DNA of 64,000 bases from an uncultured Actinomycetes bacterium. GTDB taxonomy: Bacteria > Actinomycetota > UBA4738 > HRBIN12. The first letter of the stretch is position 1; each line of letters begins with the position of its first letter. Positions 18,030 to 27,692 of the stretch are shown here, one piece after another. A program made the position numbers and the translations under genes. The DNA is taken from positions 672,001 through 736,000 of the forward strand of contig CAVPIB010000001.1 in assembly GCA_963704885.1 (NCBI GenBank). Reading direction: 5' to 3'. The notes under the pieces were generated by a model. The model was not told where the DNA came from, did not search any database, and was given only the letters and a program-made list of their open reading frames with translations.

Positions 18030-18512
18030 CTAGTTGCGATCCAGCGATCCGACGATCGCGTCGACCAGCCATGTGAGATAGCCGTAGAGCGCGAAGGCGC
18101 CCGCGCGAGGATCCTGCGGTGGGAAGTCGGCGTCGCTCGTCTCCTCGGTGATCTCGAGTCGTGTGCCCAGAACCAAACGCAGGTCGTTCGTGACCGAGAG
18201 CCACGCGAGCAGGTCGTCCTCGGAGAGCTGTTCCGCGTCCACGGTGGCGTTCATCCGTTCGATCGCCGCCAGGCGTCCTTTGCTCAGGTCGCCGCCGGCC
18301 ATCCCTTCGAACTCCAGGTTCCGGATGGGATCGTCCAGGTAGGCCGGCGGGTTCAGACGCGCCATGGCTGGGTCGCTGGACGGATCCTCATGTTCGAGCA
18401 GGTCGCGTAGCTGGTCCGGCAGGGGGCGAAGCACATCGCGCTCGCTCGCGTCCAACCGGAGCTCGTACTTGCCACGGCGCGTGCGCCGAACCGGATCGTC
18501 CTCGCCCGTCAC
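18030..18512 (-). CDS. DUF2017-like protein
   Basis: DPAMARLNPPAY, WLSVTNDLRLVLGTRLEI; downstream of clpS as is usual in actinobacteria. Confidence 0.85.
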   Translation of the reverse strand: MTGEDDPVRRTRRGKYELRLDASERDVLRPLPDQLRDLLEHEDPSSDPAMARLNPPAYLDDPIRNLEFEGMAGGDLSKGRLAAIERMNATVDAEQLSEDDLLAWLSVTNDLRLVLGTRLEITEETSDADFPPQDPRAGAFALYGYLTWLVDAIVGSLDRN

Positions 18513-18516
18513 GGAC

Positions 18517-18816
18517 TCAGACGTCCTTCTGCATCGTGGCCCACAGGCCGTGTGCGTGCAGCCGGGAGACGTCGAACTCGGCCTTCTCGCGAGCCCCGCT
18601 CGACACGACCGCCTTGCCCTTCGTGTGGACGTCCATCATCAGTTTCTCCGCCTTCGTCCGCGAGTAGCCGAAGAGCTTCTGGAAGACCCAAGTGACGTAG
18701 GACATCAGGTTCACCGGGTCGTTCCAGACGATGACGATCCACGGCGGGTCCGGTTCGGTGACCTCGTCGCCCTCTGGGGGTTCGAGCCTGACCGGCGCCG
18801 TGATCGTCTCGGCCAT
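18517..18816 (-). CDS. clpS: ATP-dependent Clp protease adaptor
   Basis: [34 protein letters not shown] and GLWAT. Confidence 0.95.
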   Translation of the reverse strand: MAETITAPVRLEPPEGDEVTEPDPPWIVIVWNDPVNLMSYVTWVFQKLFGYSRTKAEKLMMDVHTKGKAVVSSGAREKAEFDVSRLHAHGLWATMQKDV

Positions 18817-18821
18817 CAGCG

Positions 18822-19622
18822 TCAGGCCTCCGCGTCGCCGGCGCCGGTTCCCTTGATGTCGAGATCGCGGATGCGGCGAACGCCCCACCTGTACAACGGC
18901 GGCGTGAGCACCCGGAAGGCTTGCAACGGACTCACCCACCGCGGTACCGAGAGCTCTGGGGTGATCTCCTCCTGGACCACGCGGACGATCGCTCGAGCCA
19001 CCCGGTCGACGGGTATCACCAGGCGCTGATCCAGGTTGTCCTGAGGGAAGCCTTCGGTGGAGACCAATCCCGGGTTCACTGCCGTCACCAGCACGCCGGC
19101 ACGTTCGACCTCGTAGGAGAGCGATTCGGAGAACGCCACGACCGCGTGCTTCGTCGCCGTGTAGACGGCGGCACCCGGTCCCGCGAAGCGCCCTGCCAGG
19201 GACGCCACGTTCACGATATGGCCGTGCCTCCGCTTGATCATCCCCGGCAGGAACGCCCTAGTTCCGTAGATCACACCCAGCAGGTTGACGTCGACCACGC
19301 GCTCGATCTGCTCGTAGGTGAGATCCGCGAACGCGCCGCCACCTGGGATACCCGCGTTGTTCACCAAGATGTCGCAGGGACCGTACGCCTCCTTCACGAC
19401 TGCCGGGAGCGAGGCCAGCTGTTCGGGGTCGGTGACATCGCATCGGATGGCGAGCGCGGTCCCCCCGGCGCGCTCGATCCGGTCGGTCAGGTCGTCGAGT
19501 CGCTCCTTCCGCCGGGCCGTGAGCACCACCTTCGCGCCCCGCTGCGCGAGCGCGACGGCCGCCGCCTCGCCGATCCCGGACGATGCTCCGGTCACGACGG
19601 CCACGGTCCCCTTCAGTTGCAT
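18822..19622 (-). CDS. SDR-family oxidoreductase
   Basis: [12 protein letters not shown] and YTATK. Confidence 0.92.
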   Translation of the reverse strand: MQLKGTVAVVTGASSGIGEAAAVALAQRGAKVVLTARRKERLDDLTDRIERAGGTALAIRCDVTDPEQLASLPAVVKEAYGPCDILVNNAGIPGGGAFADLTYEQIERVVDVNLLGVIYGTRAFLPGMIKRRHGHIVNVASLAGRFAGPGAAVYTATKHAVVAFSESLSYEVERAGVLVTAVNPGLVSTEGFPQDNLDQRLVIPVDRVARAIVRVVQEEITPELSVPRWVSPLQAFRVLTPPLYRWGVRRIRDLDIKGTGAGDAEA

Positions 19623-19647
19623 GCACGCTCCTCTACCCTTGGGTGCG

Positions 19648-20499
19648 ATGGACGTTATCGAAGCCCACGCCCGGCGACTGCCCGCGCTGGACCATCGCTG
19701 GGTTCCTCGACCCTACCCCCACTCGGAGTTGGCGAGCGCTCTCGAGGGCGGGCGCGTGGCCGGGGTGGCCACGCATCCGTTGGACAACGTCCGCAGGAAT
19801 GCTCGGATGCTGCTGGAAGGCGACCCCGACAAGCGGTTCGGCCTGACGGGACTCTCCGACGGACTCGCGCTCGCCGACGTCCTGCGATTGGTGTCGGCGG
19901 GGGCAGGAGAGACGATAGATCCGGACCAGGAGTACGGAGAGGTGCACATCCACCCGGGTCCGATCCTGGCCGCATGCGAGGCACTGGGTGCGCGCCTCGC
20001 GACGGCCGCTTCACGCGGCGAGGGGGTCCTGATAGCCACCGGGCACCCGGGCGGTCTCGATCTCTTGTATCGCGAGCTGGAAGGACTCCTGATCGCGAAC
20101 GGCGGCCGCGTCGTGAAGCCGGCCGAAGGCGAGAACTGGCGCGACCCGGATCTTGATCACGACTGGTTCGTCGGCTATCTCTCCGGTGTGGGGATGCTCA
20201 CCGACGGGCGCGTGCCCCGACATACGCATCGTCCAGACGGCATGCACACGATGCTCGCCCACGACATCCCCGACCTCGTCTTGGCCGATCACGGGTTCGC
20301 CGGGGCGGCGATCGAGGCCGGGATCGAGACCGTCTGTGTGGCCGACGTGAACGACCCGGCCCTGATCGTGGCCAAGGCGCAGGGGCGGACCGACATCGTG
20401 GTCGTGATGGACGATCACGTGGAGCCGGACGCCTATTGGCCGTGCTTCCAGGCCGCCGCGTCCGCGTTCCAGCAGGTCAGGGGCACGCTTCCCAACTAG
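19648..20499 (+). CDS. Actinobacterial putative phosphatase-family protein
   Basis: VAGVATH, ATGHPGGL, HTH, PDLVLADHGFAGAA, ADVNDPAL and MDD. Confidence 0.75.
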   Translation: MDVIEAHARRLPALDHRWVPRPYPHSELASALEGGRVAGVATHPLDNVRRNARMLLEGDPDKRFGLTGLSDGLALADVLRLVSAGAGETIDPDQEYGEVHIHPGPILAACEALGARLATAASRGEGVLIATGHPGGLDLLYRELEGLLIANGGRVVKPAEGENWRDPDLDHDWFVGYLSGVGMLTDGRVPRHTHRPDGMHTMLAHDIPDLVLADHGFAGAAIEAGIETVCVADVNDPALIVAKAQGRTDIVVVMDDHVEPDAYWPCFQAAASAFQQVRGTLPN

Positions 20500-20541
20500 G
20501 GCTATCCCGGGGACCACCCCTTCCCCTACAATCCGCCCATC

Positions 20542-20739
20542 GTGAGGAAAGAACCTTTCACCGAGGCTCGGCTGTTGACCGTGAACGAGGTCGCAGACCT
20601 CTTGCGCGTATCCAGGATGACCGTCTACCGGCTGATCAAGACAGGGGAGATGTCCGCCTTCAGGGTGGGCAGGGGCTATCGCCTCCGCGAGGAGGACATC
20701 GACAGCTACCTGACCGAGCGCTACACCGAGGCCGGATAA
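20542..20739 (+). CDS. Excisionase-like HTH DNA-binding protein (Rv0500A-like)
   Basis: LLTVNEVADLLRVSRMTVYRLIKTGEMSAFRVGRGYR. Confidence 0.88.
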   Translation: MRKEPFTEARLLTVNEVADLLRVSRMTVYRLIKTGEMSAFRVGRGYRLREEDIDSYLTERYTEAG

Positions 20740-20801
20740 CCGGCAGAGCGCTCACGCGCACACGCGGCGCCGAACCTCCGTGAACCGACGGAGGAGGGTC
20801 C

Positions 20802-21692
20802 GTGAACGAGCACGACCGGCTCGTGGACCGAGCCGCGCGCGATGCGCACACCGCGCTGTTCATCGGCGGCATCGACGCCGGGAAAAGCACGCTGGCTCGT
20901 GCCGTGGCGGCGTTCGCGCTCCAGCTCGGGCGTTCCGTCGCCTACCTCGACGTGGATCTGGGTCAGAAGACCGTGGGCCCTCCCGGCGCGGTGGCCCTCA
21001 AACGACTGCGGTCGGCCGACGACCTCACCCTGGATCGGCTCGCGGTGCCCGACGCGGTGGCGTTCGTGGGAGCCACCTCGCCGCAGGGCCACCTGTTGCC
21101 ACTCGTGACGGGTATGGCGCGGCTGCACGCCAGAGCCCTCGAGGAGGGCGCGGACCTGGTCGTGGTCGACACGAGCGGGATGGTCTCGGGCATCTACGGC
21201 CAGCTCGTCAAGTATCACAAGGTGGAGATCCTCCGGCCCGATCTGGTGGTGGGTCTGCAGCGCGGTGAGGAGCTCGACCCGTTGCTCGGGGTGATCGAGC
21301 GATTCTTCAGCGCCGACGTGATCTCGGTCGGCGTACATCCAGCGGTCGTGTCCACGAGCGTGGAGCAGCGAGCCGAGCATCGCCAGCGGTCCATGGCGCG
21401 CTACTTCGAGGGCACGCTCAGCAGGTTCCGGATCCGACCAACCGTGTTCATGCCGACGCTTCCGCCCCTGTTCGATCTGCGGCAGCTCGACCGGTTGCTG
21501 GTCGGTCTGTCGGATGGCGCCGGCGGCTATACGGGCATGGGATACCTGGAGCACCTGCCCGCCGAAGACGCCCTTCGGTTGATCTCGCCTGTGGCAGATC
21601 CGCCCAAGGCCCTTAGACTGGGCTCCGTCCGGCTGGAGGAGACCTACCGCGCCAAGCGCGTCGACCTCCGGAACCTGTTCGGAACAGAGTGA
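20802..21692 (+). CDS. Clp1/Nol9-like polynucleotide 5'-hydroxyl kinase family P-loop protein
   Basis: Walker A GGIDAGKST, DVDLGQxxVGPPG, FVGATSP, VVDTSG and a C-terminal RxxxR clasp-like segment. Confidence 0.8.
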   Translation: MNEHDRLVDRAARDAHTALFIGGIDAGKSTLARAVAAFALQLGRSVAYLDVDLGQKTVGPPGAVALKRLRSADDLTLDRLAVPDAVAFVGATSPQGHLLPLVTGMARLHARALEEGADLVVVDTSGMVSGIYGQLVKYHKVEILRPDLVVGLQRGEELDPLLGVIERFFSADVISVGVHPAVVSTSVEQRAEHRQRSMARYFEGTLSRFRIRPTVFMPTLPPLFDLRQLDRLLVGLSDGAGGYTGMGYLEHLPAEDALRLISPVADPPKALRLGSVRLEETYRAKRVDLRNLFGTE

Positions 21693-21705
21693 GAGTGAGG
21701 GTCGT

Positions 21706-21807
21706 TTGGGGTCGCTGATCAAGAAGCGCCGCAAGAAGATGCGCAAGAAGAAGCACAAGAAGCTCCTGAAGCGAACGCGCCACGCGCGGATGAAGCTGGG
21801 CAAGTAG
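21706..21807 (+). CDS. 30S ribosomal protein bS22 (AURKAIP1/COX24 domain), absent from the ORF track
   Basis: TTG start; MGSLIKKRRKKMRKKKHKKLLKRTRHARMKLGK*. Confidence 0.92.
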   Translation: MGSLIKKRRKKMRKKKHKKLLKRTRHARMKLGK

Positions 21808-21828
21808 CCCCCAGGAGGTCCTCGTCCG

Positions 21829-22590
21829 TTGCGCGCCGCGGTCCGCCTCCTTCCGATCCTTCCCGCCACGCTCGTCCTCGCCTTGATCTCGTCGGCCTGC
21901 AACCAGGCTGAGGAGATCCGCGCGCAGGCCCTCGCCAACTCGCAGGCGGTAACGTTCGCGGCGTCGGACGGCGTCGAGCTCGCCGGCCGGGTGTTCGGCC
22001 CCGAGGACGCCACCGCCGGTGTCGTCCTGGCGCACATGCGGCCCGCCGACCAGAGCTCCTGGTTCGATCTCGCGGACCGTGTCGGAGGCCTTGGGTATCG
22101 CGTCCTGACGTTCGACTTCCGTGGCTACTGTCCGGGCGGCGACGCGGGGTGCTCGAAGGGGAAGAAGGAGATCTCGGCCATCTGGCAAGACGTCCAGGGA
22201 GCGGTCGACTACCTGAAGGCGCAAGGCGTTCGTCGCATCGGTCTGGTCGGTGCCAGCATGGGCGGCACGGCCTCGCTCGTGGTCGCTTCTCGACCCGATG
22301 AGGCGATCGTGGCCGTAGTGACCCTTTCTGCGCCGGCATCTATCGACGGGCTGGTGGCCGGACCCGACGTCGTGTCAGCGACGACCGCGGCCAAGCTGTT
22401 CATCGCCGGTAACGGCGACGGGGTCGCAGCCAAGTCGGCGCAGACGTTCTACGACCAGAGCGCGCCGCCTAAGCGCGTGGAGATCTTGACCACGGCGGAT
22501 CATGGAACGGATCTGCTTGAGGGCAATCAGGGCGAGATCGCGCGGAACCTGATCATCGGCTGGCTGGGGCAGTACGTGCCGATCTCATGA
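21829..22590 (+). CDS. Alpha/beta-hydrolase lipoprotein
   Basis: Lipobox-like ISSAC, FDFRG, GASMGG nucleophile elbow, HGT. Confidence 0.85.
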   Translation: MRAAVRLLPILPATLVLALISSACNQAEEIRAQALANSQAVTFAASDGVELAGRVFGPEDATAGVVLAHMRPADQSSWFDLADRVGGLGYRVLTFDFRGYCPGGDAGCSKGKKEISAIWQDVQGAVDYLKAQGVRRIGLVGASMGGTASLVVASRPDEAIVAVVTLSAPASIDGLVAGPDVVSATTAAKLFIAGNGDGVAAKSAQTFYDQSAPPKRVEILTTADHGTDLLEGNQGEIARNLIIGWLGQYVPIS

Positions 22591-23372
22591 CCAGGCCGAT
22601 CGTCTTCTTGACCGACTACGGACTTGCGGATGAGTTCGTGGGTGTTTGCCGCGGCGTCATGCTGCGGATCGCGCCTGATGCCCGGATCGTGGATCTGGCG
22701 CACGCGATCCCGCGACAGGACGTGCTCCGGGGTGCGCTGACGCTTGGACGTGCGACCACCTACATGCCCGCCGACGCGGTGTACGTCGGCGTGGTGGATC
22801 CGGGCGTGGGCACGGAGCGCCGATCTATCGCGGTGCTCGCCGCCTCGGGAGCGGCCCTGGTGGGACCGGACAACGGGCTGTTGTCGCTGGCGTGGGAGGC
22901 ACTCGGGGGAGCCGAAGCGGCGATCGAGATCGCGGCCGAGCACGTCGTACTGCAGCCGGTGTCGCGAACGTTCCACGGGCGGGACGTCTTCGCGCCGGCC
23001 GCGGCGCACCTGGCGGTGGGGATGCCGCTCGATGAGTTGGGGTCGGCGCTGGCCGTCGACGAGCTCCGTGTCCTGGAGCTGCCCGGTCCGATGGTCGCCG
23101 CGGGTGCGATCGGTGCGAGGGTCACCGGCATCGACGGGTTCGGCAACGTCGAGCTGAACGTGGTCGCAGGCGATCTTGAGGCCGCCGGGTTGGGACCGAT
23201 GCTGACCATCCGCGGCAAGCTGGCGCCACGGGTTGGGATCTTCGCCGACGTCCCGCAGGGGACGCTGGCTGCGATCATCGACTCGCAAGGCCAGCTCGCG
23301 CTGGTCGTGAACCATGGCAGCGCCGCCGAGATGCTCGGCCTGTCAGTAGGGAAGACAGTGGTCCTGGAGTAG
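22587..23372 (+). CDS. SAM hydroxide adenosyltransferase / chlorinase-fluorinase family (DUF62)
   Basis: FLTDYG, VVDPGVG, GPDNG, TFHGRDVFAP and IDGFGN. Confidence 0.9.
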   Translation: MTRPIVFLTDYGLADEFVGVCRGVMLRIAPDARIVDLAHAIPRQDVLRGALTLGRATTYMPADAVYVGVVDPGVGTERRSIAVLAASGAALVGPDNGLLSLAWEALGGAEAAIEIAAEHVVLQPVSRTFHGRDVFAPAAAHLAVGMPLDELGSALAVDELRVLELPGPMVAAGAIGARVTGIDGFGNVELNVVAGDLEAAGLGPMLTIRGKLAPRVGIFADVPQGTLAAIIDSQGQLALVVNHGSAAEMLGLSVGKTVVLE

Positions 23373-23395
23373 GGCGGGGGACCTCGAAGCGTGTA

Positions 23396-23554
23396 TCAAG
23401 GCGTTGGCGTCGGGGAGAAGCTGGGGAGCTGTCCGGGGCTCGTCGGACCTTGGAGGGCCGGGCGATCGCCCGAAGCGATGACCAGTTGGGCGATCCCGGC
23501 AACGAGCAGCAACACCGTCAGCACGATGATCATGATGAGGGTGGGCCGGCGCAC
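23396..23554 (-). CDS. Small single-TM membrane protein (52 aa), absent from the ORF track
   Basis: MRRPTLIMIIVLTVLLLVAGIAQLVIASGDRPALQGPTSPGQLPSFSPTPTP*. Confidence 0.6.
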   Translation of the reverse strand: MRRPTLIMIIVLTVLLLVAGIAQLVIASGDRPALQGPTSPGQLPSFSPTPTP

Positions 23555-23563
23555 AGCTCGAGG

Positions 23564-24427
23564 CTAGCAGCGATCCGGTCGCGGCCGTGATGCTAAGAGC
23601 TCGCTGCCGACGCGCTGACCCACCGGCATCAGGAGCCGCCTCTCCACGTTCTCGCGCATCGAGATCATCAGCTCGCGCAGCCGAGCCGGCTCGGTGAGGG
23701 AGCGCCGCAGGTCGACCTCGAGCGACACCGCGCCCCGATAGGGGCTCGTCGCGAGGTCGTCAAGGAAGGCATCGATCGGAAGCACGCCTTCTCCCGGCGG
23801 CAGGTGCGAATCCCACCCCTTGCCGGCGTTGTCGGAGAGATGCACGTGCCGCAGCCGGCCGTTGAACCGTCGCTGGACCTCGACGAGGTCGTGCGATGCG
23901 ACCGCGGCATGGCTGGTGTCCAGCACCAGATCAGGCAACCCGTCGAGCGCCTCGAGATCCTGGTCGGCGTGGAACGTCACGGCTCTGCCCGCCACGTGGA
24001 CCGGGAACATGTTCTCCACGGCGACCGTCACGCCCGTCCTTGCCATCAGGGCCGGGAGGCGCTCCTCCAGCCATCGGCGGAACGAGCGTTGCCAGCGGTA
24101 GGGCGGGTGGGCGACCACCAGGGGAGCGCCGGCCGCCTCGGCCACTTCGACCGCCCGTTCGATCTTCCCGATCGGATCTGGACCCCATACGCGCCGAGTC
24201 ATCAGGAGACAGGGAGCGTGGATCGCGCCGATCGTCAGCCCGTGCGCCGCGGCGAGCTGCCGCATCCGGCGTGGATCCTGGCTGGCCGGATCCCGCGTGA
24301 CCATGACCTCGACGCCCGTGTACCCGGTCTCTTCGAGCAGGCCGAACGTGGCGTCGAGCGGGCGCGCGAAGAACGCGGCCGAGGAGAACAAGACCCTTGG
24401 GGAAGGGGAAGACATCACTGGCATCAT
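23564..24427 (-). CDS. Sugar phosphate isomerase/epimerase family TIM-barrel protein
   Basis: GVEVMV, IHAPCL, VAHPP, AVENMF, LDTSH, HVHLSD and LEV. Confidence 0.85.
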   Translation of the reverse strand: MMPVMSSPSPRVLFSSAAFFARPLDATFGLLEETGYTGVEVMVTRDPASQDPRRMRQLAAAHGLTIGAIHAPCLLMTRRVWGPDPIGKIERAVEVAEAAGAPLVVAHPPYRWQRSFRRWLEERLPALMARTGVTVAVENMFPVHVAGRAVTFHADQDLEALDGLPDLVLDTSHAAVASHDLVEVQRRFNGRLRHVHLSDNAGKGWDSHLPPGEGVLPIDAFLDDLATSPYRGAVSLEVDLRRSLTEPARLRELMISMRENVERRLLMPVGQRVGSELLASRPRPDRC

Positions 24428-24473
24428 ACGCGACTCGAACCGCGCGCCCGAAAGCCTCTATATCCTCTTGCGT

Positions 24474-25181
24474 ATGTGGATCTTCCCGTTAGCGGCGGCG
24501 GTGGTCGCACTGCTGTTCGCCGCCCTGCTGGGCAAGCAGTTCCTACTGCGCCGGCGGTCGTATCAGCTGCTTTGGGCGCTCGCGATGCTGATGTACGCGG
24601 CGGCGTCGGCCGCGGTGGTGATCGGAGCCCTGAACGGTTGGAGCCGGCTGGATCTCCAGCTGTATTGGCTGTTCGGGGCGGTACTCAACGTGCCGTTCCT
24701 TGCGGCAGGGGAGCTCCAGCTGCTGATACGCAACCGTACCGCCGAGCTGATCCTCGACGTGTTGCTCGTGTTCTTGGTGGCGTACGCGTTCTCGGTCGTA
24801 CGTGTGGCCGCTACCGACGCCACGGCTCTGGCGGAGCAGCTGCCATCGGGCAAGCACGTCTTCGGTGACGGGGCGCCCGCGCACCGGCTCCCGCAATTGA
24901 TCTCGATCCCGTCTTACCTGATCCTCGTCGGAGGCGCGCTCTGGTCCGCCTGGCGGATGCGTGGTCGTCCCGAGCTTAGGGATCGCTTCGTGGGGACGCT
25001 CCTGATCGTACTGGGCGCCACGATCATCGCGGGGTTCGGCTCGGCGTTCGCGGCGCTCGGCAAGCTCCCTCTCTTCTCTATCGCCCTCCTCGCGGGGATC
25101 ACGGTGATGTTCTGGGGCTTCCTGCGGGCGTCCCGCACGGCTCCGGAGCGGGCTCCGGCTGCCGCATCCACGTCTTCCTGA
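24474..25181 (+). CDS. Multi-pass membrane protein, unknown function
   Basis: About seven hydrophobic segments; TATCCT 7 nt upstream of the ATG. Confidence 0.75.
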   Translation: MWIFPLAAAVVALLFAALLGKQFLLRRRSYQLLWALAMLMYAAASAAVVIGALNGWSRLDLQLYWLFGAVLNVPFLAAGELQLLIRNRTAELILDVLLVFLVAYAFSVVRVAATDATALAEQLPSGKHVFGDGAPAHRLPQLISIPSYLILVGGALWSAWRMRGRPELRDRFVGTLLIVLGATIIAGFGSAFAALGKLPLFSIALLAGITVMFWGFLRASRTAPERAPAAASTSS

Positions 25182-25201
25182 CCGGTCGTGGGGGCGGAGG
25201 C

Positions 25202-25915
25202 CTAGGTTGCCGCCTGCCACACCGGATCTAGGGGCGCAGCCGGGACGGATCCGGCTGGCTCCACCGTGATCAGGATCCGGTCGAACACATTGGGATCGAA
25301 TCCGAGGTGCACGACCGTGAGACCCCGTTCTGGCAGGAACTCCGCGGCGAACGTCGGTTCGATCCCCGAGACCAACCACACCCGATAGACGGTTCCGGGC
25401 GGGGGAGACGGCAGGTCGCGTCCCACCAGGTAGAACTCTTCCACCCCGGGCTCCGAGATCTCGGTGATGGGGTCGGTGCTCGCCGAGTTGGCGTCGACCG
25501 ACGCCATGGAGGCTCCCGGCCGCCGGGCGAAGTCGAACGCCTGGGCGATGTCGTTCATCCGGGACTGCGTGTTGTTGGCACGGACCCCTTGGGACACGGT
25601 GAGGCCGGCCAATCCCACCACTGCCACGACACTCGCCGCTACAGCGAACATGGCGCCGGGGCGTCGGCGGGGACCCTGGATCCCGAGATCCCCGTGGAGG
25701 CGGGGCAACAGCGTCTCGGGCGGGTCGAGCGGTTGGGTCGCGAGCGCCAGATCCGCGGCAACCCCCTGGAAGACGGCGAGCGAGTCCCGGCATGCCGGGC
25801 AGGATGGAACGTGCTCGGAGAGCAGGTGGTCGGCCCGGACGGCGTCCTCGCCAGAGAGGCTTCGCAGTACGTAGCCGGCCAGCAGCTCCTCGATCGCTTC
25901 GTGGCTCTCCGTCAC
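25202..25915 (-). CDS. Zinc-finger anti-sigma factor (RskA-like)
   Basis: HVPSCPAC ZAS motif, one TM helix, VYRVWLV and ITVEPAGS. Confidence 0.88.
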   Translation of the reverse strand: MTESHEAIEELLAGYVLRSLSGEDAVRADHLLSEHVPSCPACRDSLAVFQGVAADLALATQPLDPPETLLPRLHGDLGIQGPRRRPGAMFAVAASVVAVVGLAGLTVSQGVRANNTQSRMNDIAQAFDFARRPGASMASVDANSASTDPITEISEPGVEEFYLVGRDLPSPPPGTVYRVWLVSGIEPTFAAEFLPERGLTVVHLGFDPNVFDRILITVEPAGSVPAAPLDPVWQAAT

Positions 25916-26484
25916 ATCTGATCCTCTCGGTAGAGCACCCGGCGGAGCTTGCGCATCGCCGCCAACGTCCTGGTCTTCACGGTCCCGATCGGGATCCCCA
26001 GCTCTTGGGCGATCGCGGCCTGCGTTTCTCCCTGGTAGTACGCCATCTCGAGCACCTGTCGTTGGTCCGGGGAGAGCGTCTCGAGCGCTTCTCGGAGCTC
26101 CCGGCGACGGATCCCCAGGAAGTCCTTGTCCACGACGTCTTCCGCTACGTCTTCGCCGGTCAGCGGCTCGAGGTTCGCCGCACGCTCGCTTCGTTTGCGC
26201 AGTCGCTCCTCCCGGCGGACCGTGTCCACCGCTTTATGGTGCACCAGAGAGAGGAAGAACGTGCGGAAGGCACCGCGTGCGGGGTCGAACGCTTCAGGGG
26301 CTCGCCACAGCGCCAGGAAGGCGTCGTGGACGGCGTCTTGCGCCAGGACCTGTTGCCCGGTCAACCGATATGCCAGCCCGAATGCGGTAGGGCCGTAGCG
26401 ACGGTACAGCTCGTCGAAGGCGCCGCGATCACCCGCGGAAAGGCCGCGGTGGAGCTCCAGGTCGTCTAGATCGGCTTCAGGCAC
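25912..26484 (-). CDS. ECF sigma factor (SigK-like)
   Basis: AFDELYRRY, FDPARG, IAQELGIPIGTVKTR; paired with the anti-sigma gene. Confidence 0.9.
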   Translation of the reverse strand: MPEADLDDLELHRGLSAGDRGAFDELYRRYGPTAFGLAYRLTGQQVLAQDAVHDAFLALWRAPEAFDPARGAFRTFFLSLVHHKAVDTVRREERLRKRSERAANLEPLTGEDVAEDVVDKDFLGIRRRELREALETLSPDQRQVLEMAYYQGETQAAIAQELGIPIGTVKTRTLAAMRKLRRVLYREDQM

Positions 26485-26543
26485 GTGGGCTCAGTTGTAT
26501 CACCCAGATCTGAGGCGGCGGCTCGGCTCTGTAGCATCGAAGC

Positions 26544-26795
26544 GTGCGCGTCACCCTCTATTCGCGGCCCGGTTGTCATCTGTGCGACGCTGCACGTGCC
26601 GTGCTCGAGGCCGAGCGTGAGGCGACGCCGTTCGAGCTCCGAGAGGTCGACATCCAGGACGACGATGCCCTTGAACATGCTTACGGCGTCCGGATCCCAG
26701 TGGTCGAGATCGACGGCGAGGAGCGGTTCGAGTACGAGGTGGATCCGCGCGAGCTCTCTCGCGTGCTCCACGATGCGGCAAGTTCTGCCGACTGA
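26544..26795 (+). CDS. Glutaredoxin-like protein (DUF836)
   Basis: TLYSRPGCHLCD and IPVV; directly upstream of rex. Confidence 0.9.
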   Translation: MRVTLYSRPGCHLCDAARAVLEAEREATPFELREVDIQDDDALEHAYGVRIPVVEIDGEERFEYEVDPRELSRVLHDAASSAD

Positions 26796-26864
26796 GCTTG
26801 TGCACTTGAGAACGCTAACGACGGTCCGTTACCCTTGCCCGGTGGACCCGAGGAGCGGTTTCCG

Positions 26865-27548
26865 ATGGTGAAGGGTCGACCCATCCCAGAGGCCACCGTC
26901 GGACGCCTCCCCGTCTACCTCCGCGCCCTGGTCGACCTCGCTGAGTCGGGGGCGGGTACGGTTTCGTCCGAGTCGCTCGCCGAGGCTGCTGGCGTTAACT
27001 CCGCGAAGGTCCGGAAGGACCTATCGCACCTGGGCTCCTACGGCACGCGGGGAGTGGGTTACGACGTCGCCTACCTGATCCACCAGATACGTCGGGAGCT
27101 CGGGCTCACGAAGGACTGGCCCATCGTTATCGCCGGCATCGGCAACCTGGGTCACGCGCTGGCGAACTACCGTGGGTTCCCCGAACGAGGCTTCAGTGTC
27201 GCCGCCCTGGTGGACGTGGATCCGGCCAAGGTCGGTCAGCGGATCGGCAGCCTCGCCGTTCAACACGTCGAGGAGCTGTCAGCCCTGGTGCGGGACCTCA
27301 AGATCGCGATCGGGGTCATCGCCACGCCTGCCGCTGCCGCCCAAGACATCGCCGATCGGATGGTTCACGCCGGGATCCGCTCCATCCTCAACTTCGCTCC
27401 GGCGGTGATCACGGTGCCCGACCGCGTGTCCGTCCGCAAGGTGGATCTGGCCATCGAACTCCAGATCCTGGCGTTCTACGAACAGCGCAAGGCGACCCTC
27501 GCGGAGGTTCGTCGTCGCGGACGGGCGGTCGCCGATGTTCCCCGCTAG
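26865..27548 (+). CDS. rex: Redox-sensing transcriptional repressor Rex
   Basis: IPEATVGRLPVYLRAL, VRKDLSHLGSYGTRGVGY, GIGNLG and ILNFAP. Confidence 0.95.
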   Translation: MVKGRPIPEATVGRLPVYLRALVDLAESGAGTVSSESLAEAAGVNSAKVRKDLSHLGSYGTRGVGYDVAYLIHQIRRELGLTKDWPIVIAGIGNLGHALANYRGFPERGFSVAALVDVDPAKVGQRIGSLAVQHVEELSALVRDLKIAIGVIATPAAAAQDIADRMVHAGIRSILNFAPAVITVPDRVSVRKVDLAIELQILAFYEQRKATLAEVRRRGRAVADVPR

Positions 27549-27662
27549 CTACTTGGCGATCGTGATCCAAAGCAGGAACACCACGGCCAGAACCATGACG
27601 CCGAACAGGATGAACTGGATGCTCCCCTGATCCAGGAGGGGAATGGTCTCAGCACCGATCAT
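27549..27662 (-). CDS. Small single-TM peptide (37 aa) ending the Rieske/cytochrome b operon, absent from the ORF track
   Basis: MIGAETIPLLDQGSIQFILFGVMVLAVVFLLWITIAK*; strong RBS GGAAGGAGGG upstream. Confidence 0.7.
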   Translation of the reverse strand: MIGAETIPLLDQGSIQFILFGVMVLAVVFLLWITIAK

Positions 27663-27692
27663 CGTCGTCTCCCTCCTTCCCGTGACGTTGGC

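Noticed and set aside
20542-20739. Excisionase as evidence of a prophage or ICE
   Set aside because: No integrase or att site; matches the conserved chromosomal HTH gene near proC and bS22
22587-23372. Fluorinase or chlorinase of a natural-product pathway
   Set aside because: TFHGRD motif and housekeeping context fit the widespread DUF62 SAM hydrolase; no biosynthetic cluster nearby
26798-26815. Autoregulatory Rex box TTGTGCACTTGAGAACGC upstream of rex
   Set aside because: Only the left half-site matches; position is suggestive but not enough to call
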